From: Candidatus Marinacidobacterales bacterium
Lineage (GTDB): Bacteria > Acidobacteriota > Vicinamibacteria > Marinacidobacterales > SMYC01
Reading direction: 5' to 3'
Assembly (NCBI GenBank): GCA_965237955.1
Contig: OZ250169.1
Location: forward strand, 4,384,001 to 4,448,000
Length of the DNA stretch: 64,000 bases
Part shown: piece by piece, positions 42,669-51,307 of the stretch
Layout: each line of letters opens with the position of its first letter
Numbering within the stretch: position 1 is the first letter of the stretch
The notes under the pieces: model-generated
Told to the model about the DNA's origin: nothing
What the model saw: only the letters and a program-made list of their open reading frames with translations
Databases searched by the model: none
Position numbers and translations under genes: made by a program

Positions 42669-43403
42669 TCATTTCCTCGATAGCGCGTCTTCGGTGAATT
42701 CTTCCTTGACCAGAGCCTGGTTGACGCGCACCTCGCTCAGTGTGAACACGGTCGTGCTGTCCGTGGTCGCGCTCTTGACCTCGATCCGATGCGCGAGAAG
42801 GATGCCGTCGCCGAGATCGCGGATATCCGTCAACTTAGCCTCTTTCATCAATCCGCCGTTCCGATCGAAGAACAACGCCCTGACGTTGACGAAATCCTTC
42901 TTGCGAATGAAACCTCGAAACTTGCCGTAGACGATTTTTCGCCGCGGCGTCCCCTCCATGACGTAGCACGGCTCGCCGTCGATCACTGCTTCGCCTATTA
43001 GCTCGTGCAACAGGTCGTCGAGGTGCGCACCGCCGGCAAGGTCCGCGTAGGTGATGTCGGAGCCGAGAAAGGGATCGTCCTGACTCTTTCCCGGAATCGC
43101 GCGCACCAAATCCAGATCGGGAAAGTACGCCCACTCGCGATTGCGCTTGCCACGCTCCGCCTGGATCAAGAACTTCGTTCCCGCCATCGCGCGCGGCTCT
43201 TCGAGGGCGATAACGGCTCGGTAGTCGACTCCCTCGCGTTTCATCGAGAGGGCGAAACGCCGTGTCTTGACCTCACCGCCGGTCGTAATCTTGAGGAGCG
43301 CTGATGCTTGAAGATCCTCGATGCGGAGCTCCTGTTGTTTGACGCGGGCCACGATCGCTCCGGCGGATATCTGTGCAACGAGAACGGCGGAGACAACGAT
43401 CAC
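42669..43403 (-). CDS. LolA-like outer-membrane lipoprotein-sorting family protein
   Basis: Signal peptide; EEPRAMAGTKFL, WAYFPDL..VRAI, FLGSDITYADL, FTEDAL. Confidence 0.85.
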   Translation of the reverse strand: MIVVSAVLVAQISAGAIVARVKQQELRIEDLQASALLKITTGGEVKTRRFALSMKREGVDYRAVIALEEPRAMAGTKFLIQAERGKRNREWAYFPDLDLVRAIPGKSQDDPFLGSDITYADLAGGAHLDDLLHELIGEAVIDGEPCYVMEGTPRRKIVYGKFRGFIRKKDFVNVRALFFDRNGGLMKEAKLTDIRDLGDGILLAHRIEVKSATTDSTTVFTLSEVRVNQALVKEEFTEDALSRK

Positions 43404-44599
43404 GACGTACTACTTCGTTCATAGAGATGCCAACCCAAGAACAGATACACGCACCCGAACCCGAACAGGGCCGCCGTCGCCGGCAAGATGTCCGTGAAAC
43501 CTCTTTGTCGCAGCATCAAATCGTTGAACGCATCCATTGCCCACGCGGTTGGGAACACATGGGCGACCCGCTGGAGCCAGAACGGCTCGATGGTGATGGG
43601 CCACCAGCACCCTCCGATCGCTGCCATCGCGACCACCGCCATCGTCCCCATCGGCAGCACCGCCTCCCGGCTAGGCGCGAGGGTCGCCGCTAGCAAGCCG
43701 AAGGCGGCGGACGCGAAGGTGATGCCGAGGATGACGAGACCGAGGGCGGCGATCGAGGGACCGAGCGAGATACCGAACGCGATACGCCCGAACGTGAACA
43801 GCACAATCATTTGGACGGTTCCGATGAGAAAACGCGACAACACCTTCCCGGTCGCGACATGTTTCACCCCGACGGGGCTCGCGGCGATGCGGTGCAACAT
43901 CCCCCATTCGCGCTCGTCGATGAGACCCACGCCGACGCCGAACAGCATTCCCAAGAGCAAAAACGTCACGCTGAAGCCGGGGACGTTCTGATCGAACGAA
44001 TTGAACTCGAGCGGGCCGCCGAAGACACTCGTCTCATCGAGGCCGACGGACTTGTCGAGGAGACGACCCGCTAACTCCGCGGAGTCTTCGAACAGCGTTT
44101 CGAAGTCGGCGTCGCCCGCATGGGTCAAGACTTGGACGACCGAGATCCGGGCCGCCACTTGAGTGGCGACCAACCCCGCTCGTGCCCGCTCGACGGCCGC
44201 GCGAATTTTGATCGCTTCCAGATGTTTGACTGGATCGGTCCACAACAGAAGCTCGACGGGCTCACCGGCGACAAACGCATCGGAGAAGCCTTCGGGAATG
44301 ACGAGCGCCGAGCCCGCGATTGGTGTGTCGGCGACGAGCCTGCGGGCCTCGTTGCGATCGACCCGCATGACCTCGAGCTCATCGGATGCCTCTAGCTCGC
44401 TCACGAGACGCTGAGAGACTTCCCCCTCGTCGAGGTCGGCCACTGGGAACGCGTGCCGCTCCGCGCGGTAGAGGGTCGAAAGGGAGAACCCCGCCACTGT
44501 AATCACGACCACAGGCGCGAGCAGCAGTAACAAGAGCGCCAACCGATCCCGCTGAAGGAGTTTCAAGTCTTTAATTATCAACGTAATGAGCGCGCGCAC
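43400..44599 (-). CDS. ABC-2 type transporter permease
   Basis: KDLKLLQRDR, periplasmic loop, EREWGMLHRIAASP, IGGCWWP, PTAWAMDAF. Confidence 0.92.
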   Translation of the reverse strand: MRALITLIIKDLKLLQRDRLALLLLLLAPVVVITVAGFSLSTLYRAERHAFPVADLDEGEVSQRLVSELEASDELEVMRVDRNEARRLVADTPIAGSALVIPEGFSDAFVAGEPVELLLWTDPVKHLEAIKIRAAVERARAGLVATQVAARISVVQVLTHAGDADFETLFEDSAELAGRLLDKSVGLDETSVFGGPLEFNSFDQNVPGFSVTFLLLGMLFGVGVGLIDEREWGMLHRIAASPVGVKHVATGKVLSRFLIGTVQMIVLFTFGRIAFGISLGPSIAALGLVILGITFASAAFGLLAATLAPSREAVLPMGTMAVVAMAAIGGCWWPITIEPFWLQRVAHVFPTAWAMDAFNDLMLRQRGFTDILPATAALFGFGCVYLFLGWHLYERSSTS

Positions 44600-44645
44600 C
44601 GCTGTACCTATTTGGCCGACAGTTTATACCACAGGCCCCGAGTCA

Positions 44646-44678
44646 ATACTTGACAAAAAAGTCATGTTTTGAGATACT
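44646..44678 (+). promoter_or_regulatory. Sigma-70 promoter of rrf2 overlapped by an IscR-like operator
   Basis: TTGACA (44650-55), 17 bp, GATACT (44673-78); dyad ATACTTGAC-AAAAAA-GTCA resembles the IscR type-1 site. Confidence 0.65.
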
Positions 44679-44698
44679 AATCACAACGGGAGGCGACC

Positions 44699-45190
44699 AT
44701 GAGGATTACGGCGCAAGAAGAATATGGGCTCCGTTGCCTCCTCCAGCTAGCCAAAAACGCCGGCGCGGCGCGTCCGGTGACGGTGCGGGAAGTCGCGGCG
44801 AACGAGGGCATTTCGACCGCGTACGCGGAGAAGCTCCTGTACCAATTGTCGAAGGCCGGACTCGCCGAGTCCGTCCGGGGGATTCGCGGCGGCTTTCGCC
44901 TCAAACGACGCCCCGAAGACGTCACCGTAGGGGACGTCGTGCGCGCTCTCGGAAGCTTTCTCACTCACGCTGCCATCTGCCAGCGCTTTACCGGTGAAGG
45001 AACTCAGTGTGTCCACAACAAGAATTGCGGGCTCCGACCCGTGTGGAGCACGCTGAACTACCACATCCAAAAATTGCTCGACAACATGCCCCTCACGTTG
45101 TTGCTCCAGGACGAGCGCGACGCGCGCCAGGCGATGGTCGAGATGGTGCCCTTTCCTTTCGCATCCCAAACGCCAGGCGGTGCTGCATGA
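44699..45190 (+). CDS. Rrf2 family transcriptional regulator with three Cys (IscR-like Fe-S sensor)
   Basis: EEYGLRCL, SVRGIRGGFRL, CQRFTGEGTQCVHNKNCGLRPVW; GGGAGG SD. Confidence 0.93.
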   Translation: MRITAQEEYGLRCLLQLAKNAGAARPVTVREVAANEGISTAYAEKLLYQLSKAGLAESVRGIRGGFRLKRRPEDVTVGDVVRALGSFLTHAAICQRFTGEGTQCVHNKNCGLRPVWSTLNYHIQKLLDNMPLTLLLQDERDARQAMVEMVPFPFASQTPGGAA

Positions 45191-46386
45191 CGACCCACGT
45201 CGACATCGAATACGTCTCTCCGATCACCTACGAGCTCTTCGAGTGGGAGCTTCCCGCTCGCGAACCGGTCCCCCCTCCCGAAGCCGAGGCGAGCGACGTT
45301 TCACAAAACGACCTCGGCTATTTCATGACCATGGCCGGGCGGCACGAGCTCCTCACCGCCGAAGAAGAGCGCACGCTGGGTGCAGCGCTATGGACGGCAC
45401 GCCGGCGACTGCTGCGCATTCTGCGTCGCGCTCGCGCCGGATCGGGTGAGTTTCCGGGTGAGTTTCCCAGCATCATCGAAACGTCACCTCCGACGCGTCC
45501 GGTAACACGGTCGACAAGACGGCGTTTGGCGAACGTCGAGCTCCTGGCGCGCGAGCTGAACGACGCGTTGAAGACGCCCGGTCGCGTCGCGCTTCCGAAC
45601 GGATTCACGAAAAAGCGACTTACAGCCCATCGGACGAGCCTGAGCGACACGCTTTGGCAAATGGACGAAGTCCGTCGCGAGCTCTTGGAGCGCAACCTGC
45701 GCCTCGTCGTCTGGGTGGCGAAGCGATTCCGCGGGCGCGGTTTCGACTTCATCGACGTCATCCAAGAAGGAAGCCTCGGGCTGATGCGCGCGGTCGATCG
45801 CTTCGACCCCGCGGTCGGCGCCCGCTTCTCGACGTTCGCGACCCATTGGATCCAACAAGGCATTCGCCGCGCGCTCGCCGAAAAAGAGCGCATGATCCGC
45901 ATCCCGGTGAACCGCATTCCCGAAGTGCGGCAAACAATGTACGCGCGCGCGCATCTCGCGGAGGAGCTCGGACGTCCGGCGCAACCCGAAGAGATCGCGA
46001 AGGAGATTGGCCTCCCGCAATACAAAGTGGAAGAGCTCCTTCCCGCCATCGCCCCCATCGATTCGGTGGACGCACCGATCGGCTCGACGAACCGGCAGCT
46101 CGGTGACGTGCTCGAAGACCGCACCACACCGACGCCCCTCGACGGAGCAATCGATGCAGAAACCCGGCGCGTCATCAAAACCGTCCTGCACGAGCTCCCC
46201 GACCGCCAACGCGTCATCCTTTCCATGCGCCACGGCATCGGCTACCCGAAGGAGTGCACGCTCGAAGAGATCGGCAAAGCTCTAGGATTGTCGCGCGAGC
46301 GGATCCGTCAAGTGGAGAAGGTAGCGGTAGCGTCCGTACGCGAGTGGATGCAAAAGCATCGCCCCCAACTGGCCGAACCGGTATAG
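45187..46386 (+). CDS. Sigma-70 family (RpoD/RpoS-like, no region 1.1) RNA polymerase sigma factor
   Basis: LLTAEEE, NLRLVVWVAKRF, DVIQEGSLGLMRAVDRFD, RFSTFATHWI, TLEEIG..LSRERIRQVE; ATGA overlap with rrf2. Confidence 0.93.
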   Translation: MTTHVDIEYVSPITYELFEWELPAREPVPPPEAEASDVSQNDLGYFMTMAGRHELLTAEEERTLGAALWTARRRLLRILRRARAGSGEFPGEFPSIIETSPPTRPVTRSTRRRLANVELLARELNDALKTPGRVALPNGFTKKRLTAHRTSLSDTLWQMDEVRRELLERNLRLVVWVAKRFRGRGFDFIDVIQEGSLGLMRAVDRFDPAVGARFSTFATHWIQQGIRRALAEKERMIRIPVNRIPEVRQTMYARAHLAEELGRPAQPEEIAKEIGLPQYKVEELLPAIAPIDSVDAPIGSTNRQLGDVLEDRTTPTPLDGAIDAETRRVIKTVLHELPDRQRVILSMRHGIGYPKECTLEEIGKALGLSRERIRQVEKVAVASVREWMQKHRPQLAEPV

Positions 46387-46569
46387 ATCAGCTTCCAGCC
46401 AGCCTTCGGGAACCTTTCGCGGTACTTTGGCTCTAAGTTGTCGTTGTGTTGGAGCTCATAGATCGGCTGCCTTGGAGTCTTGCGGTTATTCTGTGCCTGA
46501 CGCTGTGGAGTGAAGGGACTTTTGAGCGAAGAGCAGAAGACGACACTAAAATACTCCGGGTGGTGCAGC

Positions 46570-47462
46570 ATGAACAATTCAACCGTGCACAACCGGAGCG
46601 CCCGGCTGCCCCCGCCAGTCTGGGCCGCAGGTCGCGGTGGTGGCTCGAATACGCGGTCGTGCGGTCTCTAGAGGCCGTTGCCGTGGTCCTACCTCGGAAC
46701 GTGGTTCACGCAATGGGTGCTTGGCTCGGCCTGGCGGCTCGGACCCTGCCGTGAGACGCTCCGTCGTCATTGCGAATCTTCGCCATGTCGGTCTCGGCGC
46801 CGACGAGCAGATTCGACGCGTGGTACCCGAGCTCTACAAAAACATGGGGCGATATTGCATGGACCTGTTGCGGGCGAATCCACGGCCGGGAGATTCTCCG
46901 CGACCTCGACGAAAAGGGCACCATCGCGCTCGGGGCGCACTTCGGTAATTTCGAGCTGCTCGCTCCCGTCTTCGGCACCTCGGTGGGCGATCTTCACGTC
47001 ATCGTCAAGGCGATGCACAACCCCTTCGTCGAACGCTGGCTCGACAAAAGACGTCTCGCGACAGGCGTGCACACCATCCACCACGCCAAGGCTACAAGGA
47101 AGGCGCTCACAATCTTGAAGCGCAAGGGCTGCGTGGCGGTGCTCGTCGACCAGCACCCGGGCCGCAACGGGATACCCGTTCCCCTTCTGGGCCAGACCGC
47201 CTCTACCGTGCGAGCCGTCGCGGGATTGCAGGAAAGAACGCGTGCGCGCGTCGTGAGTGCCTGCGCAATCTTGGGATCGGATGGCGTCTACGACGTCTAT
47301 CTTGCTGTCGAACCCTTCGAACTGGACGGCCTAGGCCGCGAGGCGCGGCTCAGCCGGATCCAGGAAAGACACAATGAGATCATCGGGGAGTGGATTCGCG
47401 AGCGCCCCGAGCATTGGTTCGGCTGGTTCCATCGCCGCTTCAAACCTTTCCTCGAATACTAG
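46570..47462 (+). pseudogene. Lipid A biosynthesis lauroyl acyltransferase (LpxL/HtrB) family, frameshifted
   Basis: LEYAVVR, VVIANL, AHFGNFEL, NPFVERW, LVDQH, WIRERPEHWFGWFHRRFK spread over three frames. Confidence 0.85.
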
Positions 47463-47594
47463 ACACGATGAAGCTTCGATGAGCCCGATCTACGCAAGCT
47501 CATCGCCGAGTCCTACCCGGAAGACGGGGCGACCGGTTTCGAAGTCGGCGAGCTGCGAGGCTGGATGAGGGCCCGAAGTGCCGCGCGAGCGATA

Positions 47595-47620
47595 ACCTCT
47601 CCCCCGCTTGGGGGAGAGGT
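47595..47620. repeat. REP-like hairpin
   Basis: ACCTCTCCCCC-GCTT-GGGGGAGAGGT perfect 11-bp stem; related to 4063 and 6223. Confidence 0.7.
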
Positions 47621-47837
47621 CCAGTCGCAAGCTGCCTCCAGCTGAGGAGCCGAGCGGCGCGACTCCGGACGTGAGAAAAAATCGCGTTTCCCAAGGGAGA
47701 TGGGGATGGTTGGTCCACACTTCTGTCAACTAGGGGGTCGGGTCCGCGCGGTACGGATTCACCCGATATCGTATCGGCGTTTCGTTGGTGCGTATTGCTA
47801 GCGCTTTAACAAGTCGGGCTGCGTGTGCTCAACGCGC

Positions 47838-48595
47838 TCACGTCGGCACGAGTGTCGATACCATCTTCGGCCTCCAGCGGAGGCGAATCCACTGCAAGAT
47901 ATCGTAGGTGAGGGCGACCCACAGAGATTCAGTGCGCACTTTGGCGACTCCGCGCACGCTAAACTGCCGCAGGCCGAACTTGGTTTTGATCCAGAGATTC
48001 GGAAACTCGGCCACCTGCGAGCGTGTCTTATAGATGGCCTTGGCTTCGTCGGTCTGCATCTTCTTCCGGAACGCGGCTATGTCGGGCAAGAGTTCGCGCC
48101 GCTCGATCGAGCGGCCGTGCTGCGTACGAGGACAACACTGCTCTTTGGCCGGACACGTCTGGCAGTCTTGCTTAGACGCCTTATATCGATAGCGCATCGT
48201 GCCATGGCTTTCCTGCTTGGCGTCGTAGCGTAAGTGCTTGCCCTGCGGGCACACATACGTGTTGGTCTGCGTATCGAAGACAAACTTCGACGCCTCGTAT
48301 TCCGCTTTCACGCCGTGGTGCTTATACGACTTGCGCCGATTGGCCTCTGCTGCCTTGTTCTCGTGGTCGGGGCCGACGAGATCGATGCCGCGCTTCGCCA
48401 TCTCCGCGATGTTGTTGCTACTAATGTAGCCTCCATCTACGACCATCTGCTCGGGCGCACGCTGCATGCTCTGCTCAATCCGTTCTATGGCCGGCGTCAG
48501 CTGCTGATAATCGCTACCGGCCTGCGTGGCATCGATGTCGACAATCAGGCCGTGTGCGGCATCCGTTGAGACTTGGACGTTGTAGTTAGGTGCGG
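47838..48595 (-). pseudogene. IS1182 transposase C-terminal part
   Basis: APNYNVQ, VDGGY, YVCPQGK, CQTCPAKEQC, YKTRSQVAEFPN, FSVRGVAKV. Confidence 0.9.
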
Positions 48596-48637
48596 AGCGG
48601 AACGTGTCAACAACTTTGAGACACCCGCGGACTGCAT

Positions 48638-49774
48638 TTAGTGAGCCTCAATCAATGCAGTAAGACTCGTGGGCCCGGGGCGGTCACCGTCTGCGTGCGG
48701 CGAGATCTGGTCGCGTTGGCCTGAATCCGGGGGCCCCAGGTGTGGACCACCTCGAGAAAGTGGCTCCGGCGGCCTCCTGGCGCGTCGTTTTCTCCGGCGG
48801 CGGGTTGATCCAGGCCTGAGGAGGCAAAACGGGGGGCTGTGGCATTCCGCGAACGAAGCGTTCGGGATGAGCCGATGAGCTTCGAGGAGGATTTGGCGCC
48901 GGGCAGTGGTGAGCTGTTCCGCGAGACCATCGTGAACGGCGGCCGGTGTCATGAGGCCGATTCCCGAGTGCCGGCGTTCGTGATTGTAGTAGTCGAGGAA
49001 GCCGCCGCAGAACAGCCGGCCGTCTTCGATGGAACCAAAACGGCTCGGAAACTGAGGGCAATACTTCAGAGTCTTGAACTGGGACTCGGAGTAGGGGTTA
49101 TCGTTCGAGACGTAAGGTCTGGAGTGGGTCTTGGTAACGCCGAGGTCAGCCAGGAGCATAGCTACGGACTTGCTTCGCATCGAGCTGCCACGGTCGGCGT
49201 GGATGGTGAGCTGGTCTGGTTCGATGTTCTGTTTGCGGCAGCTCTCGCTGATGAGACGACGAGCGAGCTCAGCGCTTTCTCGTCGAGCCAACATCCACCC
49301 GGTCACGTAACGGGAGAAGATGTCCAGAATCACGTAGAGGTAGTAGTAGGTCCACTTGACGGGGCCACGCAGCTTGGTGATATCCCACGACCAAACCTGG
49401 TTCGGCGCTTCGGCCAGCAGCTCCGGCTTTTGATAATTCGGATGTCGCAGCTGGTTCCGGCGCTCTCGGACCTCTCCGTTCTCCGCCAGAATCCGATACA
49501 TCGTGCGGATCGAGCAGTAGTAGATTCCCTCGTCCAGGAGCGTGGCCCACACCTGAGCGGGCGCCTTGTCGACGAACCGCTCGGAGTGCAAGGCACCGAG
49601 AACCAGCTCACGTTCGGTCACATCGAGGGCTCGGTGCGACCGAGGGCGGCGTTTCGCATTGGACGTCACCGTCTGGCGCCTGCGATACAACGTGGAGCGA
49701 GCTATTCCAAGGGCCTCGCAGGCTTCCGCCGTCTGTCCAATTCGTCCCGCCAGCTCCTCGGCCGCCACCATCAA
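48638..49774 (-). CDS. IS3 transposase OrfB (frameshift near C-terminus)
   Basis: PNQVWSWDIT, LDIFSR, HADRGS, SNDNPYSESQFKTLKY; the expected tail HPERFVRG..PP..AWINPP is in another frame. Confidence 0.9.
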   Translation of the reverse strand: MMVAAEELAGRIGQTAEACEALGIARSTLYRRRQTVTSNAKRRPRSHRALDVTERELVLGALHSERFVDKAPAQVWATLLDEGIYYCSIRTMYRILAENGEVRERRNQLRHPNYQKPELLAEAPNQVWSWDITKLRGPVKWTYYYLYVILDIFSRYVTGWMLARRESAELARRLISESCRKQNIEPDQLTIHADRGSSMRSKSVAMLLADLGVTKTHSRPYVSNDNPYSESQFKTLKYCPQFPSRFGSIEDGRLFCGGFLDYYNHERRHSGIGLMTPAAVHDGLAEQLTTARRQILLEAHRLIPNASFAECHSPPFCLLRPGSTRRRRKRRARRPPEPLSRGGPHLGPPDSGQRDQISPHADGDRPGPTSLTALIEAH

Positions 49775-49799
49775 TCGTTCTCGTCGCTGTCTGGTGGAT

Positions 49800-50237
49800 T
49801 CAGGGGGATCCCCAGAAGTCGGAGGTTTTTTTTTGGATCTCTAGCATCGTCTCCACCCGAGCCAGGCGATGCTTCAATCGCGCGTTCTCGCGCTCGAGCT
49901 CCTTGACCCGTGGATCCTCTGCCTTCGCCTTCCGTCCTCGCTTCCTCGATGTCAACCCCGCCTTGGCAATCTTGTCACGTTGGCGACGCCAACTCGAAAG
50001 ATGCGACGAGTACAGTCCCTCTCGACGCAGAAGAGCCGCAACATCCCCGTCACCCTTGCAAGCATCGGCCTCGCGCACTATCCGCAGCTTGTACTCTGCG
50101 GTAAAGCGTCGACGCTTCGCTTGCTCACTCACTTCGGGATCCGGGACCCCTGCCGCATCGCGGCCGGCGCGATCTGCAGTCGCCCTACGGGCTCCTTCCG
50201 ATCCCGCCGGGGTCATTCTCTCAATCAACGTAGTCAT
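49800..50237 (-). CDS. IS3 transposase OrfA
   Basis: RRRFTAEYKLRIV, LLRREGLYSSHLSSWR, EIQKK. Confidence 0.9.
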   Translation of the reverse strand: MTTLIERMTPAGSEGARRATADRAGRDAAGVPDPEVSEQAKRRRFTAEYKLRIVREADACKGDGDVAALLRREGLYSSHLSSWRRQRDKIAKAGLTSRKRGRKAKAEDPRVKELERENARLKHRLARVETMLEIQKKTSDFWGSP

Positions 50238-50309
50238 TCATGATCCTCCTCCGCCCTCTACACTAATTTCAAGGGGCGAAGTGTCTCAAGGACGTTGGCA
50301 CAGAGGGCT

Positions 50310-50984
50310 GGCGCGTTGCTGCGCTGCCTGCATCTGCCGGCTCGATTCCTCCTCCGTCTGGGCGTTGAGAGTCTCTACCGCCTCACGCGCCTGCTCCAGA
50401 CACTCTTCGACCGTCGGCTTGCGGCGAAATCCACTCGACGAAGCGTTCGCGCGCACCTTCGTCCCATCCAGCATGACTCGCTCGAGCGTGATCAATCCGT
50501 CCGAACTCAGAACTCCCAGAGCTTGCACAAACAACTCGTCCAGGATCTCCCTATGAATCATCCGAAAGTCCGACAGCGTGTGCGCACTGATGCTCTGCAT
50601 TCCGCTGAGCCATTGATACGCCGGATGATGTTCGCACAGCCGCTCAACCGCGCGGGCCGAACTCACGGCTTGGCTGTAGCTGTAGACCCACAGGCTCACC
50701 AGTAGCTGAGGATCAAACGCAGGCCGGCCTGCGCCACCCGCGACCGAGCGGACTTGATCCGTGTACCCGCTGAGATCCAGCCGACCCACGAACTCCCAGA
50801 TCGCACGCGCTGGGTGATCCTCTGGGATCAAACGCTCCACGTCGACCGTCCGCAGCAGCAGCTGCGCCCTATCGACCACCTTCAACCGAGCTTGTGTCAC
50901 GCGCGCTCCCTCATCGCCGTCATCACCATCGCTGCGTTTTCGCGGACTCGGAAAGCCTGGAAGTGACGTTTGCTTATCACCCAC
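50310..50984 (-). pseudogene. IS1182 transposase N-terminal part
   Basis: LIPEDHPARAIW, GRPAFDP, SARAVERLC, HTLSDFR, DGTKVRANAS. Confidence 0.9.
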
Positions 50985-51180
50985 GTTTACCCCGCTTCCT
51001 CCCACGCTTTGCCTTAGGCGTCCGACGCACAATCAGTGTGTTTCGATCCTCCACCACCCACTCCAGCTCCTCGCCCGGCTCCATCTCTAGCGCCTGGGCT
51101 AAAGGTGACGGGCAAATCACATAGAACTGACGGGTGTCGTTGGCTCGCTTGATCACCTGCAGCTTTGTCACGTATCCCAT
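50977..51180 (-). CDS. Small AbrB/MazE-like protein carried inside IS1182
   Basis: MGYVTKLQVIKR..QFYVICPSPLAQALEMEPGEELEWVVEDRNTLIVRR; lies within the IRs and overlaps the transposase start. Confidence 0.7.
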   Translation of the reverse strand: MGYVTKLQVIKRANDTRQFYVICPSPLAQALEMEPGEELEWVVEDRNTLIVRRTPKAKRGRKRGKRG

Positions 51181-51307
51181 GCTGGTCACTCTATAACATA
51201 GCTGTACCGCTAGTCAAGCTTAATTTTTTATCACGTCCTCCGTCTAGACGGAGTTGACTCGGGCCCTACCGTTTGAATCGCCGCGTTGAAGCGGCTACAT
51301 TCCACGG

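Larger units (their letters stand above)
48605..50300 (-). mobile_element. IS3 family element nested in IS1182
   Basis: TG..CA ends: TGTCAACAACTTTGAGACAC vs TGCCAACGTCCTTGAGACAC (16/20); orfA/orfB with A9 slippery tract. Confidence 0.92.
47668..51237 (-). mobile_element. IS1182 family element interrupted by IS3
   Basis: IRs GACGTGAGAAAAAAT / ATTTTTTATCACGTC; 5-bp direct repeat CTCCG on both flanks (47663-67, 51238-42). Confidence 0.88.

Noticed and set aside
46446-46560. Small membrane protein start MLELIDRLPWSLAVILCLTL
   Set aside because: Looks like another gene stub but too short to assign confidently.
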